64,000 bases of DNA from Macrostomum lignano. Taxonomy: Eukaryota. Positions within the stretch are counted from its first letter, which is position 1, and the number at the start of each line of letters is the position of its first letter. The DNA lies in contig NIVC01001522.1 of the NCBI GenBank assembly GCA_002269645.1, positions 186,001-250,000 of the forward strand. The letters are read 5' to 3'. Below are positions 35,752-47,591 of the stretch, piece by piece. Under the pieces are notes generated by a model. It did not search any database. It worked only from the letters and a program-made list of their open reading frames with translations, and was not told where the DNA came from. The position numbers and the translations under genes were made by a program.

Positions 35752-37240
35752 TTCTGTTTTTGATCTTAGCTACTATATCGGGGTAGCTGTTCTCTCGGGT
35801 CCCTGTTAGGGACTACCTCCTCTATTGTTTCTTGTATTTTTTCCGTGAGTTTATCAACCACTTTGTCAAGTTCATCGGGAGTGGAGATACGGGATCGAGT
35901 CATACTGCAGTTTTCTAGTTTGTCTTGGAGAACGTATCTGAAGGCCTCCCAATCCGTGTGCCAGTAGCTTTTGGGTGGTTTTGGTTTAGCCTTGGAGTTG
36001 GGATCAATAAAAACTTTAACAATAATGGGTAGGTGGTCACTGTCGAGATCATCGCCAACAATGACATCACTGACAGAGTTAATCAGGTCAGGGGAGCAGA
36101 TGCCTAGATCAAGGACATTACCAATAATGTTGCCCCCTCTATTATTAATCCTGGTGCAGTCACCAAAGGAGTTTAGGATGAAGGGGGAATCCGGATGGTT
36201 ATCAAACCATTCATACAGTTGTTTCCCTGGGAAGTTTTCTACACTGCCACCGCCCAGCATAGAGTGGCGACAGTTGAGATCTCCTTTAAGTAAGGATCTA
36301 GGTTGTGAGAGCAGCTGCTCAGGCAGTGCAGTGCTGATTTGGTCAGGATTGGGAGCTCTGTAAATAAGGGAAATTGTTCCTGGGGTTATTGTTCGGAGTG
36401 ACATTGAGGCTAATAAACTCATGGTTAGAGTTGTCATAAAATTTTTTAACGTTCGAAACATTTAAGGTATTTTTATAAGCAATTGCCAGACCTCTCCTGA
36501 AGTCAGGAGTGTCGTATCTGATAACAGCGTAGCCTTGTACATAGCCTTGTAGTTTCGGAGAAAAGACCAATGTATATATTGTCATTGTGCAACCACATAA
36601 TAATCTCGTGCATTTTGTTGCTAAGTTTATTGCAGTTTAGGTGACCAAATTTCAGTGCGCTATTGGAATTTTTACTATTGAAAGCCATAATTAATTATCA
36701 GATTTCTCAGTGCTTAGGATCCGCCTCCGCTCACCAAAGTGGCTTTGGCTTCACCCGCCCTGGCAGCAGGCACCCTTCCGGGATTCAAGAAGGTCGCCAG
36801 GACCTCTGTCACTACCCGAATAGCAAGCTGGCTTGCTTCCCAGGCAGTGAGCAGACGCCCCGGTTCGATCTCCATGATCCGGTTGAGTGCCTCAAGTACC
36901 ACCCCGAGCACATCATTCCGCGTGAAGCCCCTCTCACCGGTTACAACGTTGGGGGCAGCATTGTCCGTTATTGGTTCAGCTTGGGCTGGCTCAGCGCTGC
37001 TGGTCGGTGGTGCAGACTGCTTGCTCATTACCGGCACGGCGTTGTCAGCAGGAAGCGCGGTCTGATTGGTCACCATGTTCGGTTGGGCAGCAGCAGTGGC
37101 AGCGGCACGATTGGAGTAGACAATGGGGCCGAGAGTAGGCCTTGGTCTTGGTCTTGTCATGTCGACGTAGGACAGTGGCCCCGGCACACCAAAGGTCTCG
37201 GCCAAGAACTGACTATCTATCCTATCACTAGTACCTAATT
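35752..37240 (-). mobile_element. Doubly truncated Jockey-like LINE: ORF1 3' part and decayed ORF2 APE endonuclease
   Basis: ORF 36714-37205 directly precedes MAFNSKNSNSALKFGHLNC (36688). APE motifs FSET, GDLNCRH and SDHLPI are broken by deletions. Highly similar to 63160-64000; homology stops at ~35752. Confidence 0.9.
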
Positions 37241-39405
37241 GCTCAGCAAAAAATATAAACTTTCACTGTTTTTATAATTCAAAAATGCATTAAAAATCTA
37301 CATCTTAAAGTGACGAATGGTATCTGGAAAAAACAGCAAACAATAACAGTAACATGAATTTGTTTTTTAAAAATGAAAAGTAGTACAAACAGAAGTACAG
37401 CATATTTTTACACACAATAATTTCATGAAAATGATAACATAGGAAAAAAAGGAAAAAGAGCAAAATTGCTTATGAAACTAAATGGAATAGTTATTCCATT
37501 CCATAAATGCTATGTAGATCTCATAAACTCTTTTACACATATAATTAATATTCTAATCGAACATTATGTATATTTTCAAATAGTATAGTGTGACGACGTC
37601 GTTAGCATCTTAAATTTTTAGTTTCTATGTGAGTTTTTATTACTTAAAATTATTGTAGTTGATTAATTTGCAGGTTCCCCAGCTATTAATTTAATGTAAC
37701 TTATTTAGAAAAAATGTACTTGAAGTTTTATTTATTCAAGTCCAAGTTATTACTACTTTTTTGATAGACATCTTAGGTTTAAATGAATCGGTTTTCCCCG
37801 CCAATTTAAATTGTTGCTCGCGCTCGTTTTTGTTCTCTCCGCTACTCGGCATTTTGTCTCGTACCATGCGTGTCAACACTACTAATAATTGAACTAGCTA
37901 ACCAATAAATAAATAACTAATAAATAATTAACGAATAATTAATTAATCGCTGACTACATCTCGAACTCGCTACGTCACAATAGTTTTGCATCAGTAACTT
38001 TCTTTTTAGTATATCTCTATTTAAAACCATACAAATTATGTACGTATAAAGTTTACTTTTTTCACATTTTTTATAACTTTTAGTAATCGATCTATTTTTA
38101 AAAGCACTAATACACACTATTTTGTTTTAATGTATCCAGCACCATCGACCCCGCTTTTCTTGCTATAAATATAATCAAAAAATATAATGGAAACTAACTT
38201 TGCTTGCCTTACTAACTTTTGGCTCGTGCCTCATTTGAGTGTCGACTTTTTGTTCTGAAAATAGCAGTTTAGTCATTGCTCTTTATTTCATGGTCGTTTT
38301 GTCTTTCTTCCCCAGAAAAACATTTTGTTCAATATAGTGGGCGTGTTGCCACCTTTTTCTCCCCCCATGGTGTACAATACAGACCCACAGGCGTCCTGCC
38401 TAATCCCCCAGACTTCTGACAGGCGTTCCGCCTATTCCCCAGATGTACTGTCTACCAGGCGTCTTGTCTATCTCCAAGATCTCCTGTCTATTAGGCGTAC
38501 TGCCCTCCTCTCTAAAGGACGTTCGATCCAGCAATAGCACCCTGTCATTCCCCACCGGTATTCCCTATTAGGCAATAGAGTCCCCTAAAGTAGTGCGTCC
38601 CGTTTTTTCAAGGCAACTTTAGTCCGCCGCCTTGTTCCTATCCTAATAGCTAATTCCAATCTAAATAGGATGTTTTACTATTTAGATATAAATAGTGTCT
38701 TACTGCTCGGGCATTGAAACGCTACCCTAGCTGCCAGGTATATTGCCACAATGTTGTCACAACGTTGATATCTAATGTTGCTGAATTGTTGATGTCAATG
38801 TTGCGGCAACATATTTTTTGTCGTTGCAAATGTTGTCATATGTTGCCATATAATGTTGCCATAACATTAAAGCAATGTTGACATAACAACATTTTGAAAT
38901 CTCTTTTCTTCCTACTGATAGTAATGCAGCGAGATTATTTAATTTGTAGTAGATTGTTTTAATATTCTGAAAAAAAAACAAAACGAGACGCAAGACCACC
39001 CTGCAGCTTTAATCCAATTCAATGGGAAGAATGAAACAAAATGGCGCACTCGAAGTACAACAAAAAGTTGTTGGTTTTATATTTTTCTAGATGGAATTTT
39101 ACTTCAAAACAGAATAAATTGCAAATGGTTTTTACTGCGCAAAGAGATGTCAATAGGGTTTGTTGTAAATTTCTAAGTCAATGGTATGCAAATATAACTT
39201 AGATAAGGGGGAAATAATATGGCATACAAAGTCATACAAAGCGGCTTTAAGAAGGAAAATCACTTTGCAGCATCATTTTTTTATATTCACCCACAACTAG
39301 AGGCTTCAATACAAAAATGTCCTTTGCTATCAAACAATCAAAGAAATTCGGACAGCTGGATGTTGACAAAATAACTTGGTACATTGCGATTGATTTTACA
39401 CGCCA

Positions 39406-41939
39406 TTAATAATTGTCTTCTTCGTCAGCGTCGTCAGCACCGAAACCTTCAGCATCGCCTTCGCCGTCCAATCTAGGACCAACACCAGAATCGGCAGCAT
39501 TTTGCCCACTAGAGGCGCGTTCAGCTTTGCGACGTTCTCGAACGGCGGCAAAGCGCAGATGCTCGCCCACGGCTTCCTCGATCGCGAGTCCTGTCGCCGT
39601 CTTATGGGCCGTCCATACGACATCTGAGAACGAGAGAATTCCTGAATTATAAATTAAATCGAACACAAATGGACTATTTCAACGTCTGAATTAGAAACTA
39701 ATGGGCATTACATTCTGCTTTTCTTACTTTTGATAAGGGGGAGAAGTCCAAGGTTTTCAAACGGCAGTTTGGACACACCCCTACGAACGGCACCACGAAG
39801 GCTGTACTGCTTAGCCAATCCGTCGGTCATCAGTTGGTACATAAGGGTGCTTACTTGCGTTGAAACAGACTTTCCACCCAACCGACGGAGAAAGGCGAAC
39901 TGAAATGTTGATGTTGGTTGATCACAAAATTGAATTCGAAAGAAGTCTTGTTAGATAGCTTCTTATAAGAATCTATCAAAGCTTGCAAATCGTTTTGCTA
40001 TCATTGTACGATATTTTAAAGAATCAGAAATCTCTAGCAAAAAAAGAAATCAGTGACTTTAATTACAGTGCACATTGCATTCTAGCTGTATCATTTTATT
40101 TAACGAATATTTACCACAGTCTCTGTTGACTTTCGATCCTCCTTGACTTGACGGCTCCATGCTAGAAGCCCCTCCGGGGAGTTGAACGGCAAGCCACCCA
40201 AAATGGCTTTGTCAGTAGGAATTTGGTGTTGTCGACTATCAGCAGCAGAATGAGCAGCGGGCAATGGGTTTGAGGAGATATGCTGCTCAATCGATTGAAG
40301 TCGCCGATCGATGCTGCACACTTTAAGATACGTCGCCCGCTGCGACGCTGAAATATTAGAAAAATAAAATCGTTGTTTGCTTATTATACGCATATTATAT
40401 GTTTTTGCTATATATGTATCTGAGAAATATACTTCTATACGAGACAAACCATTTTTCTCATAAAAAATCAAAGCGTAGTTGTTGTGAAAATATAAAATGA
40501 GTATAAGCTATAGTCATGTCAGTCAATGAACAGATTCATTTTAATATTTAGTGTGGATTCATGAATTTGGATCTAATGAGTAAATAGTGAGTCTATCTGT
40601 AAGCAGCATTTACTGGTAGGGTACAAAAAATATCATAACTGTTACCTTCTATTTTGGAAATCATAGAAGCAACTTCTGCCAAAGTTACAGTTGACGATTG
40701 TCCTGGACTAGCAACATCAGGTTGTTCTCCGTACAAATCGCCGAGAGTCACCAGAAGTGACTGTGTATTTGCAGCTGCGAAAGGCGACAGTTCGACCGAT
40801 GGTGAATTTCGTAAGCCCGGCGACGACACTGCAGACGGCAGAGCAGACCGGTTACGATTCGCTGGTGATGATATTGCCGCAGCGCCAGCTGATGATGGCA
40901 TTGCCGCAGCGCCAGCTGATGATGACACTGCCGCAGCGCCAGCTGATGATGGCATTGCCGCAGCGCCAGCAGATGATGACACTGCCGCAGCGCCAGCTGA
41001 TGATGGCATTGCCGCAGCACGAGCTGATAAAATCCCACATGGTGCGGTAATAACTGATGTAGCTGAATTGTTGCTGTTGGGCCCAGGGCGGATGTTCGAA
41101 GCATGTGATTGTTGCAGTACAGTCTGCAGCCTTGGTGCCTTGGGTACCACAGTCGGTTCACCAGCTGGTAATCTCGATCTTGATTTGCGATTCCTTGAAT
41201 ATTCGATCTCCTCGTCCAGACAATTACTGTGTCTATCGATGAAGACATCAGCAGGTGGACGATGCCTCGACACTTCGCAGTCCGTAGATACGACGTCACC
41301 TTTGTTTTCATAACGACTTCTTAATTTTAAAGCCGAGCGCCATGAATCTGAGAGGTTATATAACGAGAAGCGCAATGTAATGCAAATATTTTTCCCTGGC
41401 AGGTCATAATTGAGCACTTTAATTCATATCAGTATTATGCGATACATTTTTTAGTTGTTTATTGTACGATGTAATTTGTAATAATGTCAGTTATAAATAA
41501 ACAAGTAATAAACAAAAATACAAACCAAGTGCAAAAAACCTATATTTTATACATACATAGGCATACATATATGGGCTTTGAAACTTCACAAGTCACTATT
41601 AACCATGCTTTACAGTAAAATGACAAACATATTTACTCTTGAAACTCTTTAAAAGTATATGCTAAACGGGAAACAAACCCTGAACTGAGAAAAACCAGCT
41701 TACGTACCATGCTGTGCCAATACGATCACCTCGTGTAGAGTCCAATTTTCGTCTGGAGCGATCCGTCCATCGATTGCCTTCTCATACGCTCGTCTTGGGG
41801 GCCACAGCACAGTCGTCGGGGACTTGAACCATGTTTTGAGTACCAAATCGAAAGAACGGTCGGCAGCGAATAAAACGAGAGCATAGGTCAGAGCAGGCAT
41901 CGATGGCTCTTCTTGATCAGAGTCAGAAGATGACATCAT
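39406..41939 (-). CDS. EnSpm accessory protein, DUF4806-like, 5 exons, 524 aa, intact
   Basis: Exons 41939-41708, 41347-40646, 40347-40115, 39899-39728 and 39641-39406 (1575 nt, phases consistent). N-terminal YALVLF..W..VLWPP..PDENW and C-terminal LRRLGG..LMTDGLAKQYSLRG..IEEAVGEHLRFA. Confidence 0.8.
40860..41022 (-). repeat. Coding 27-bp repeat, 6 units (9 aa), alternating A/B
   Basis: AAAMPSSAG/AAAVSSSAG alternation inside the 40646-41347 exon. Confidence 0.9.
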
Positions 41940-41978
41940 GAAACTGAATTTAAATCGGAACGCTTGAACAGGCAAATT

Positions 41979-44166
41979 TCAAAAGGTGTGCAAAATAGGA
42001 AGTGCTACTAAGCCGCCTTCGCGCTGCTTCAAAAGCATCCCTTTGCACAATAAATCGGCAGATGGGATGAAGCTCAAATCACGAGAGAGATCGCTAACAA
42101 CTACTATATTTATATCTAACGAATTGACAGCGCTGTCATAAAATGGTTCCATACGGCGATACTGTAGACCAACTAGAATGAAACTATTATCAACGCATGA
42201 TAAAATATGCTTCACGCAAACAACAGCACCTTGCTTAGTAAAAACATAGCAATCCGGATGTAAATTGGAAATGAATGTGTGTCGATCAGGCAGAATTACT
42301 TTTGAAAAGGCTCCGGAGATAGATAAATGATGGACAGTAATGTTAGGAATCGGTCTAATTCCAGAAAAAGACACATTCTGAGTTCCAGAAAACTTATCAA
42401 AATAGCCTAGGGTAACATCTCTTTCTAGAACTCGCTTGACAACTTGTTGCAGGGTGAATGATGGGCCTCTACAAAACTTAGTAAAAAAGCGTATAAAGTT
42501 TTCACCCCAAAAGCAGCTAAAATTTTCGAGACAACCGAACAGTCGCACGTCATTCGGCACATGGATTAGGGCGTGAATCGAAAATACAATGAACTCTGGG
42601 CCCCATGCTTTTGTGCACTCAGAAACAAACCACTTGATGAGGTCCTCTGAGAAATCGCAATAATGCGAACATAAAACGGGATGCGACATAAGAAATGTGA
42701 ATGTGTGCAATGAGAGAATTAACTGGTACATAACAGAACTAACAATTCCCTTCAGAGCAACAGGTGCAAGATATAAGATAAACATGCGCAATTCTGTTGC
42801 CTTCCAGAGTTTTAAAACATTAAGGGATCGCGGCCGACGAGGAAAATCGTGCGTTATACATGATCTCAGAGACGTTAATGTTGTGCTGATTTGCCGTATA
42901 GAAAGCGAAGGGACGCGGTAGTCAACATGTGCGGCAGATAAGGACTTTAAAATTCTGAAAACAGCGCCCTCATAAATCAGGTGCATGGGATCTAATGGAA
43001 AGCACTTGATCATGTCTATTGCTAAGGACAAAAACGGACTTTGTTGGCGATTGCGAATGTGGTCTATATAGGCTTCAGGCGTGCGGAACATATCATCAGT
43101 GCGAAGAGGTGCAGAAACATCGACAAAACAGACCCTACGTGCAACATACTCGCCTTCGACTACGCATTTGTCACATGAAAAGTAGCCTGTGCAATGTTTG
43201 GTACTTTTAACATAGGATCGAGCAGGTGTGTCGCACATTACCATCTCCAAAATAAAGGGAACACATTTTCCATTTGGCATTATGAATCCAGCTGAGATTA
43301 AACTGTGCAGCTCAGCTATGCAATCAGCCAGAAAGTCATTAACAAAGGCAGGCTTCGAATCGCCACAATAGATGCCGATGATAAAAGAACAGTCACGAAG
43401 GTCCCTTAGGCGTCCAAAAATTGGCCAAAGGGTACATGTTGTGCTCCGATAGACCTGCGCACCATCAATAAAAAGATGAAAAAAACGGTACTCATCAGCA
43501 ACAAAGATGGACGATTAGCCAGTACAAAATTTAAAGCAGCTTTGACACCAAAATGGTAATAGTGGCCAGGTTCAACAGTTTTTACAGATACTTTGCGTTC
43601 AGTTTTCATCAGAGTACGATAGTCACGTGGCAGGCCAGGCTCAATGGCTTCCAAGCGATGAAGTAAATCATTAACCATTGCAGTGTCTGGATCTTTTGCT
43701 TTGACCCAATCACAGAGAGCAGTTTGTAGTTGCTCCCTACGGTCAATCAAGTTAAGCTCAGACTCCATAGCCGAAAATTCAGAGCCTCGATCAGATAGAT
43801 TAGCACTACTTTGAAAGCTTGCATTACTTGAACCTGAAAAGTGTGACAATTTTTAGGGAGTCAAAATATATTTCATCTATAGTAGAGCAAAAAATGGCTA
43901 AACAGTTAACCACAAATTAACTTACCAAAATGGTTTAGAGCCTGTACCACTTCAAACTCTTTAGATCCTATATCTGCTTCCATTTCAACTTCTTGTTGGT
44001 TGCTAGACAGAGATACACAGGAATCTTGAGCTTCTAGTACTTGGTCAACTGATAGTCCTATATTAGGATATTCAGAAGCAGATGCAGAACTTCTCTGGTC
44101 TTGGACCATATAGTACTCAGATAATGCTTGCCTCTGAATAGTACGTTTGCTCATTTGCTTCTCCAT
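41979..44166 (-). CDS. EnSpm-type DDE transposase (~698 aa after correcting one homopolymer frameshift)
   Basis: Exon 44166-43926 splices (GTAAG..TTTTCAG) to exon 43833-41979. Adding one base to the A7 run at 43479-43485 restores FHLFIDG..LWPIFG..IGIYCG..KP; then CDTPARS, CDKC, LDPMHL, WKATELR, IHALIH and GEN. Confidence 0.88.
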
Positions 44167-46448
44167 GATTTTGTAAAGATCTGAAAAGTTTTTGATTTAT
44201 TGAATATTAATGTGAAAACTGAAGAATATAGCCCATATGACAATGACTATATCACAAAGGATATATACATTGCTTATACATAAGTAGTTATATCTAAACT
44301 TTACTTAATGGTATGATACATTTGTAAATAAGATGCATTCTTAGTAGATGCATTTCTTAGTCTTTTCCTCACTTTTTTCTCTAACCTTTATATACATAAC
44401 ACTGGCCTGTTCACACGCGCTTCTTTGAATAAACTTTTTCTTGACCATATTATGGAGCTGAGATCTGCAGCTTTCATTTGAATCAAGTTACAATTGAAAC
44501 AGACTGAAATTATATCTGCTAGAAGACATTGTAGCAAGGGTTTCAGAACTTTTGATGGACAATATACATGTATATTAGCTTTTTTCCATTGACCTTATCC
44601 CTTAGCCCTAGGGCAGCACAGTCCAGATTGGCCCAGATTGTTCTTTGCTAATAGAACTGATACTCAGGGCCATAGCAACCCACAACTATTAAATTAAAGT
44701 ACATGAACTAACTGATTGAGTACACATGCAGCCAGCTAACATGACCACCCAATAGGCCCCCCCCTAGTTATGAAAATAATTTTTTTCCAAAACAGTAAAT
44801 AGGCCTAATTAGTATATAATAAATTAAGCAATTATATAAATATTAGGTTTAAGCTAAAATAGCCAATATAGAAAAAAATCAAAGGGCATTCAAGAAAATA
44901 TTTTGAAATCAACATAATTAAAATACCTAAATACTCGTAAATAGGGATATAATAAAATTATATTTGAAAAACTATATACTATTTAAATATTTTAATTATT
45001 CTTGATAACTTATAAGCCCCATGGCTATGTCTATAGTCAGTAGGTGTAGCTAGGAATTTCCTACAGGGGATATACCAAGGAGAATTTTTTATGGAAGGTA
45101 TACCAAGGTAAAAGTATTATGATAGAGTTACATGGTAGCATATATAGCAACAAAAGGCAACAAAAAAATTAGTTAGGCTCTTTAGGGAAGGATATATCCC
45201 CCTATCCTCCCTCCCTATACCTTTGCCTATAGTAAAATATAGATGAAAAAACTAAAAATAATGGCTCAATACTACAATAAGTTGAGTCCAGTTGGAATTA
45301 TTCATTTAAACCTAGGCTTCAAGTGTAGGCCTAATTTTTTTAATTATATATAAACTTAGATTTAGCACATGCTAGCATACAAAGTTTTATAGTTCAAGCT
45401 AGGTTAGGCCTACCATCTAGGCTACTAAGTTCTAATTGTAGGCCTAGCCTATCCAATTTTTAATACCAATTTAAATAAAAATAAAAATGGCCTACCTACA
45501 TTACATACTATAATTTTTTATAAATTAAATGCCTAAAATACTTAAATAAAGCTTAGAACACATCCAAAACTATCTACTAGGGCAGCAAGGTCTGAAAATA
45601 AATGACGCCTAGCTATGCCTTTGTCTGGTTGTCTAGCTAAGTTAAGATTAAGAAAGACTGGGACTATAGAACTGTTTAAAAAACAATGAGGTAACTAGTG
45701 ACTTGAATATTGAAAAATGTCATAAGTAGTGTTAGACTCTACAATAACCAAATATTAGCCTGTTCTAACAAGAACTATCTAACAAGGGCTACAAGCAAGC
45801 TCAAGAATTTTATCCATGCAAATTTTATCCATGTATTGTTTACATCTTTTAAGTTTTATAAACGATAAATTGTATTGAGCAATACACTTCTTCTAACATT
45901 AACAAAAGAAAATACTTATTAAGGCCTAAAAAACGACAAAAAAAATTTGTACTTAAATATAAATTTTCTGTGCCTTGGCTACTTTCAAAGAAACAGCCTT
46001 TTACCAGCTAAATGGTTTTATTATTTTCTAATTTTTGAGCAAGGTCATGTGCCCTTATGTTCTACTATAAGCAGCCTCAATAGTAAAATACCACTACAAA
46101 ATAAAATGTTGTCACGGCAACATTGTTACAATGTAGCTGAAACATAAAATGTCACGGCAATATCTATGCAACACTGTCAATATTGGTACAACATAAACTG
46201 GCAGTAAGGGTACCAGTGTCCTTAAAGTACACTCTTATTAGAAATAGAAATTCTCCCCACAATTTTTGGAAAACCCCAGTCGCCTAAGGAATTTGGTAAC
46301 AATAAGTGGGATTAATCCTCTAAACAGAAGAACCCCCTTCTTTTGTGATGGTTTGTGATGTGATATTTGTATGTTTTTGTGAAATAACATAAGGGCCATG
46401 TGGGGGTAACACTTACAGCCCTATATTATAATGTTTTCAGAATAATAT

Positions 46449-47362
46449 TGTGCTAGGTCTTTCTCCTCTACCTCTCAAGATGCTACCCTCTGTGTTAGGC
46501 CTTAGGGTTTCTACTGAAATTATCTCACCAATTTACTGCTGTCCTTTAGTTCTAATTTCTTTATTCTATAAATTGTCACTAATACATCTACTTTGAGTAG
46601 CGTTGGCAGCCCTAAATTATTACTTTTTCCTAGAAACTTCTAATTTCACACGATTTCCTAGAAACCTTGTGATAGCGTGTAGTGCCCGAGCGGTAAGACA
46701 CTGTCTAATCCTTAATTCAGTCCAAAAGTATAGCGTCTTCCGGGGACCAAGGGTGTCCAGCGGTAGCTAATCTACTTCCCTAATACCTAATCTCTTAATG
46801 CGTAATGCTTATTATTAGCCTGTATGGCTTTCTTTGGATCTATACGATCTCGATCTCCCTGTCCAGATTTCTGTTATTGAGTCTCCACGACCTCTGGTTT
46901 CTCTATCTAGAGTCCTGGTTTTGGGTCTCCACGACCTCTGGTTTCCCTATCTAGAACCCTGATTTTGGGTCTCCACGACCTCTGGTTTCCCTATCTAGAA
47001 TCTTGGTTTTGGGTCTCCACGACCTCTGGTTTCCCTATCTAGTGAAAGAAATAACGAGATAAGTCTTAGCCAAATTTAGATTTGTTTCGCTAAAAGATTC
47101 TCGCAAGTGGCCGAAGGCAAAAATTGAGAACGATCGCCGAGGAAGAAGTTATATTTTTTTAGCGTCAACCTAATTCCTTATATACAGAAAATTTGGGGAA
47201 GGTGGGACGCATTTTAACAATCACTAAAATTACAACAAAAGAATTCGATTTGTTTGGGGAATTTAAACAAATGGGGAAGAAAATTTCTGATTGGCTATGA
47301 TTAAAACTCGGGTTTAGCTACTGTTATAAGTAATATACATAGTTTATAAAGATTCTGCCTCA
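46449..47362 (-). mobile_element. Solo LTR A (914 bp) with ATAT target duplication and internal 44-bp x4 repeat
   Basis: TG..CA ends flanked by ATAT (46445-48 and 47363-66). Minus-strand CCAAT boxes, TATATAAG (~47180) and AATAAA (~46562). 44-bp unit at 46883, 46927, 46971 and 47015. The right end is less certain than for LTR B. Confidence 0.7.
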
Positions 47363-47591
47363 ATATAAAATATACTCTGAGAATTCTGAGGCAGACATGT
47401 ACTACACATGGTTCTCACTCTTTGCTAGTATTGTACACGCCATTTTAAATGCGCCTACCGCCTTGCTGAATTCTTAATTACACCAAAAGCAAATTTTACT
47501 CACATGTAAGTCGTGTTCCCTGTGAGATCTGTTCCAAGGAAGGGCAGCTTTGACATTAGCTGGCAAATTGTCCACATGCAAGTAAAAACAA

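Larger units (their letters stand above)
38725..46210 (-). mobile_element. EnSpm/CACTA (CMC) DNA transposon, 7486 bp, near full length
   Basis: Imperfect TIRs CCCTAGCTGCCAG (38725) and CTGGCAGTAAGGG (to 46210), TA duplication on both sides, clustered subterminal ATGTTG(C/T)C/GGCAACAT repeats at both ends, and two genes inside. Confidence 0.9.

Noticed and set aside
40860-41022. Hammerhead ribozyme cores (CTGATGA) here and at 31741 and 13559
   Set aside because: All lie inside coding exons and lack the flanking helices and downstream GAAA.
47354-47395. CTGCCTCA..TGAGGCAG inverted repeat as the Sola2 terminus
   Set aside because: No matching terminus found on the other side of the transposase, and the left arm overlaps the LTR A end.
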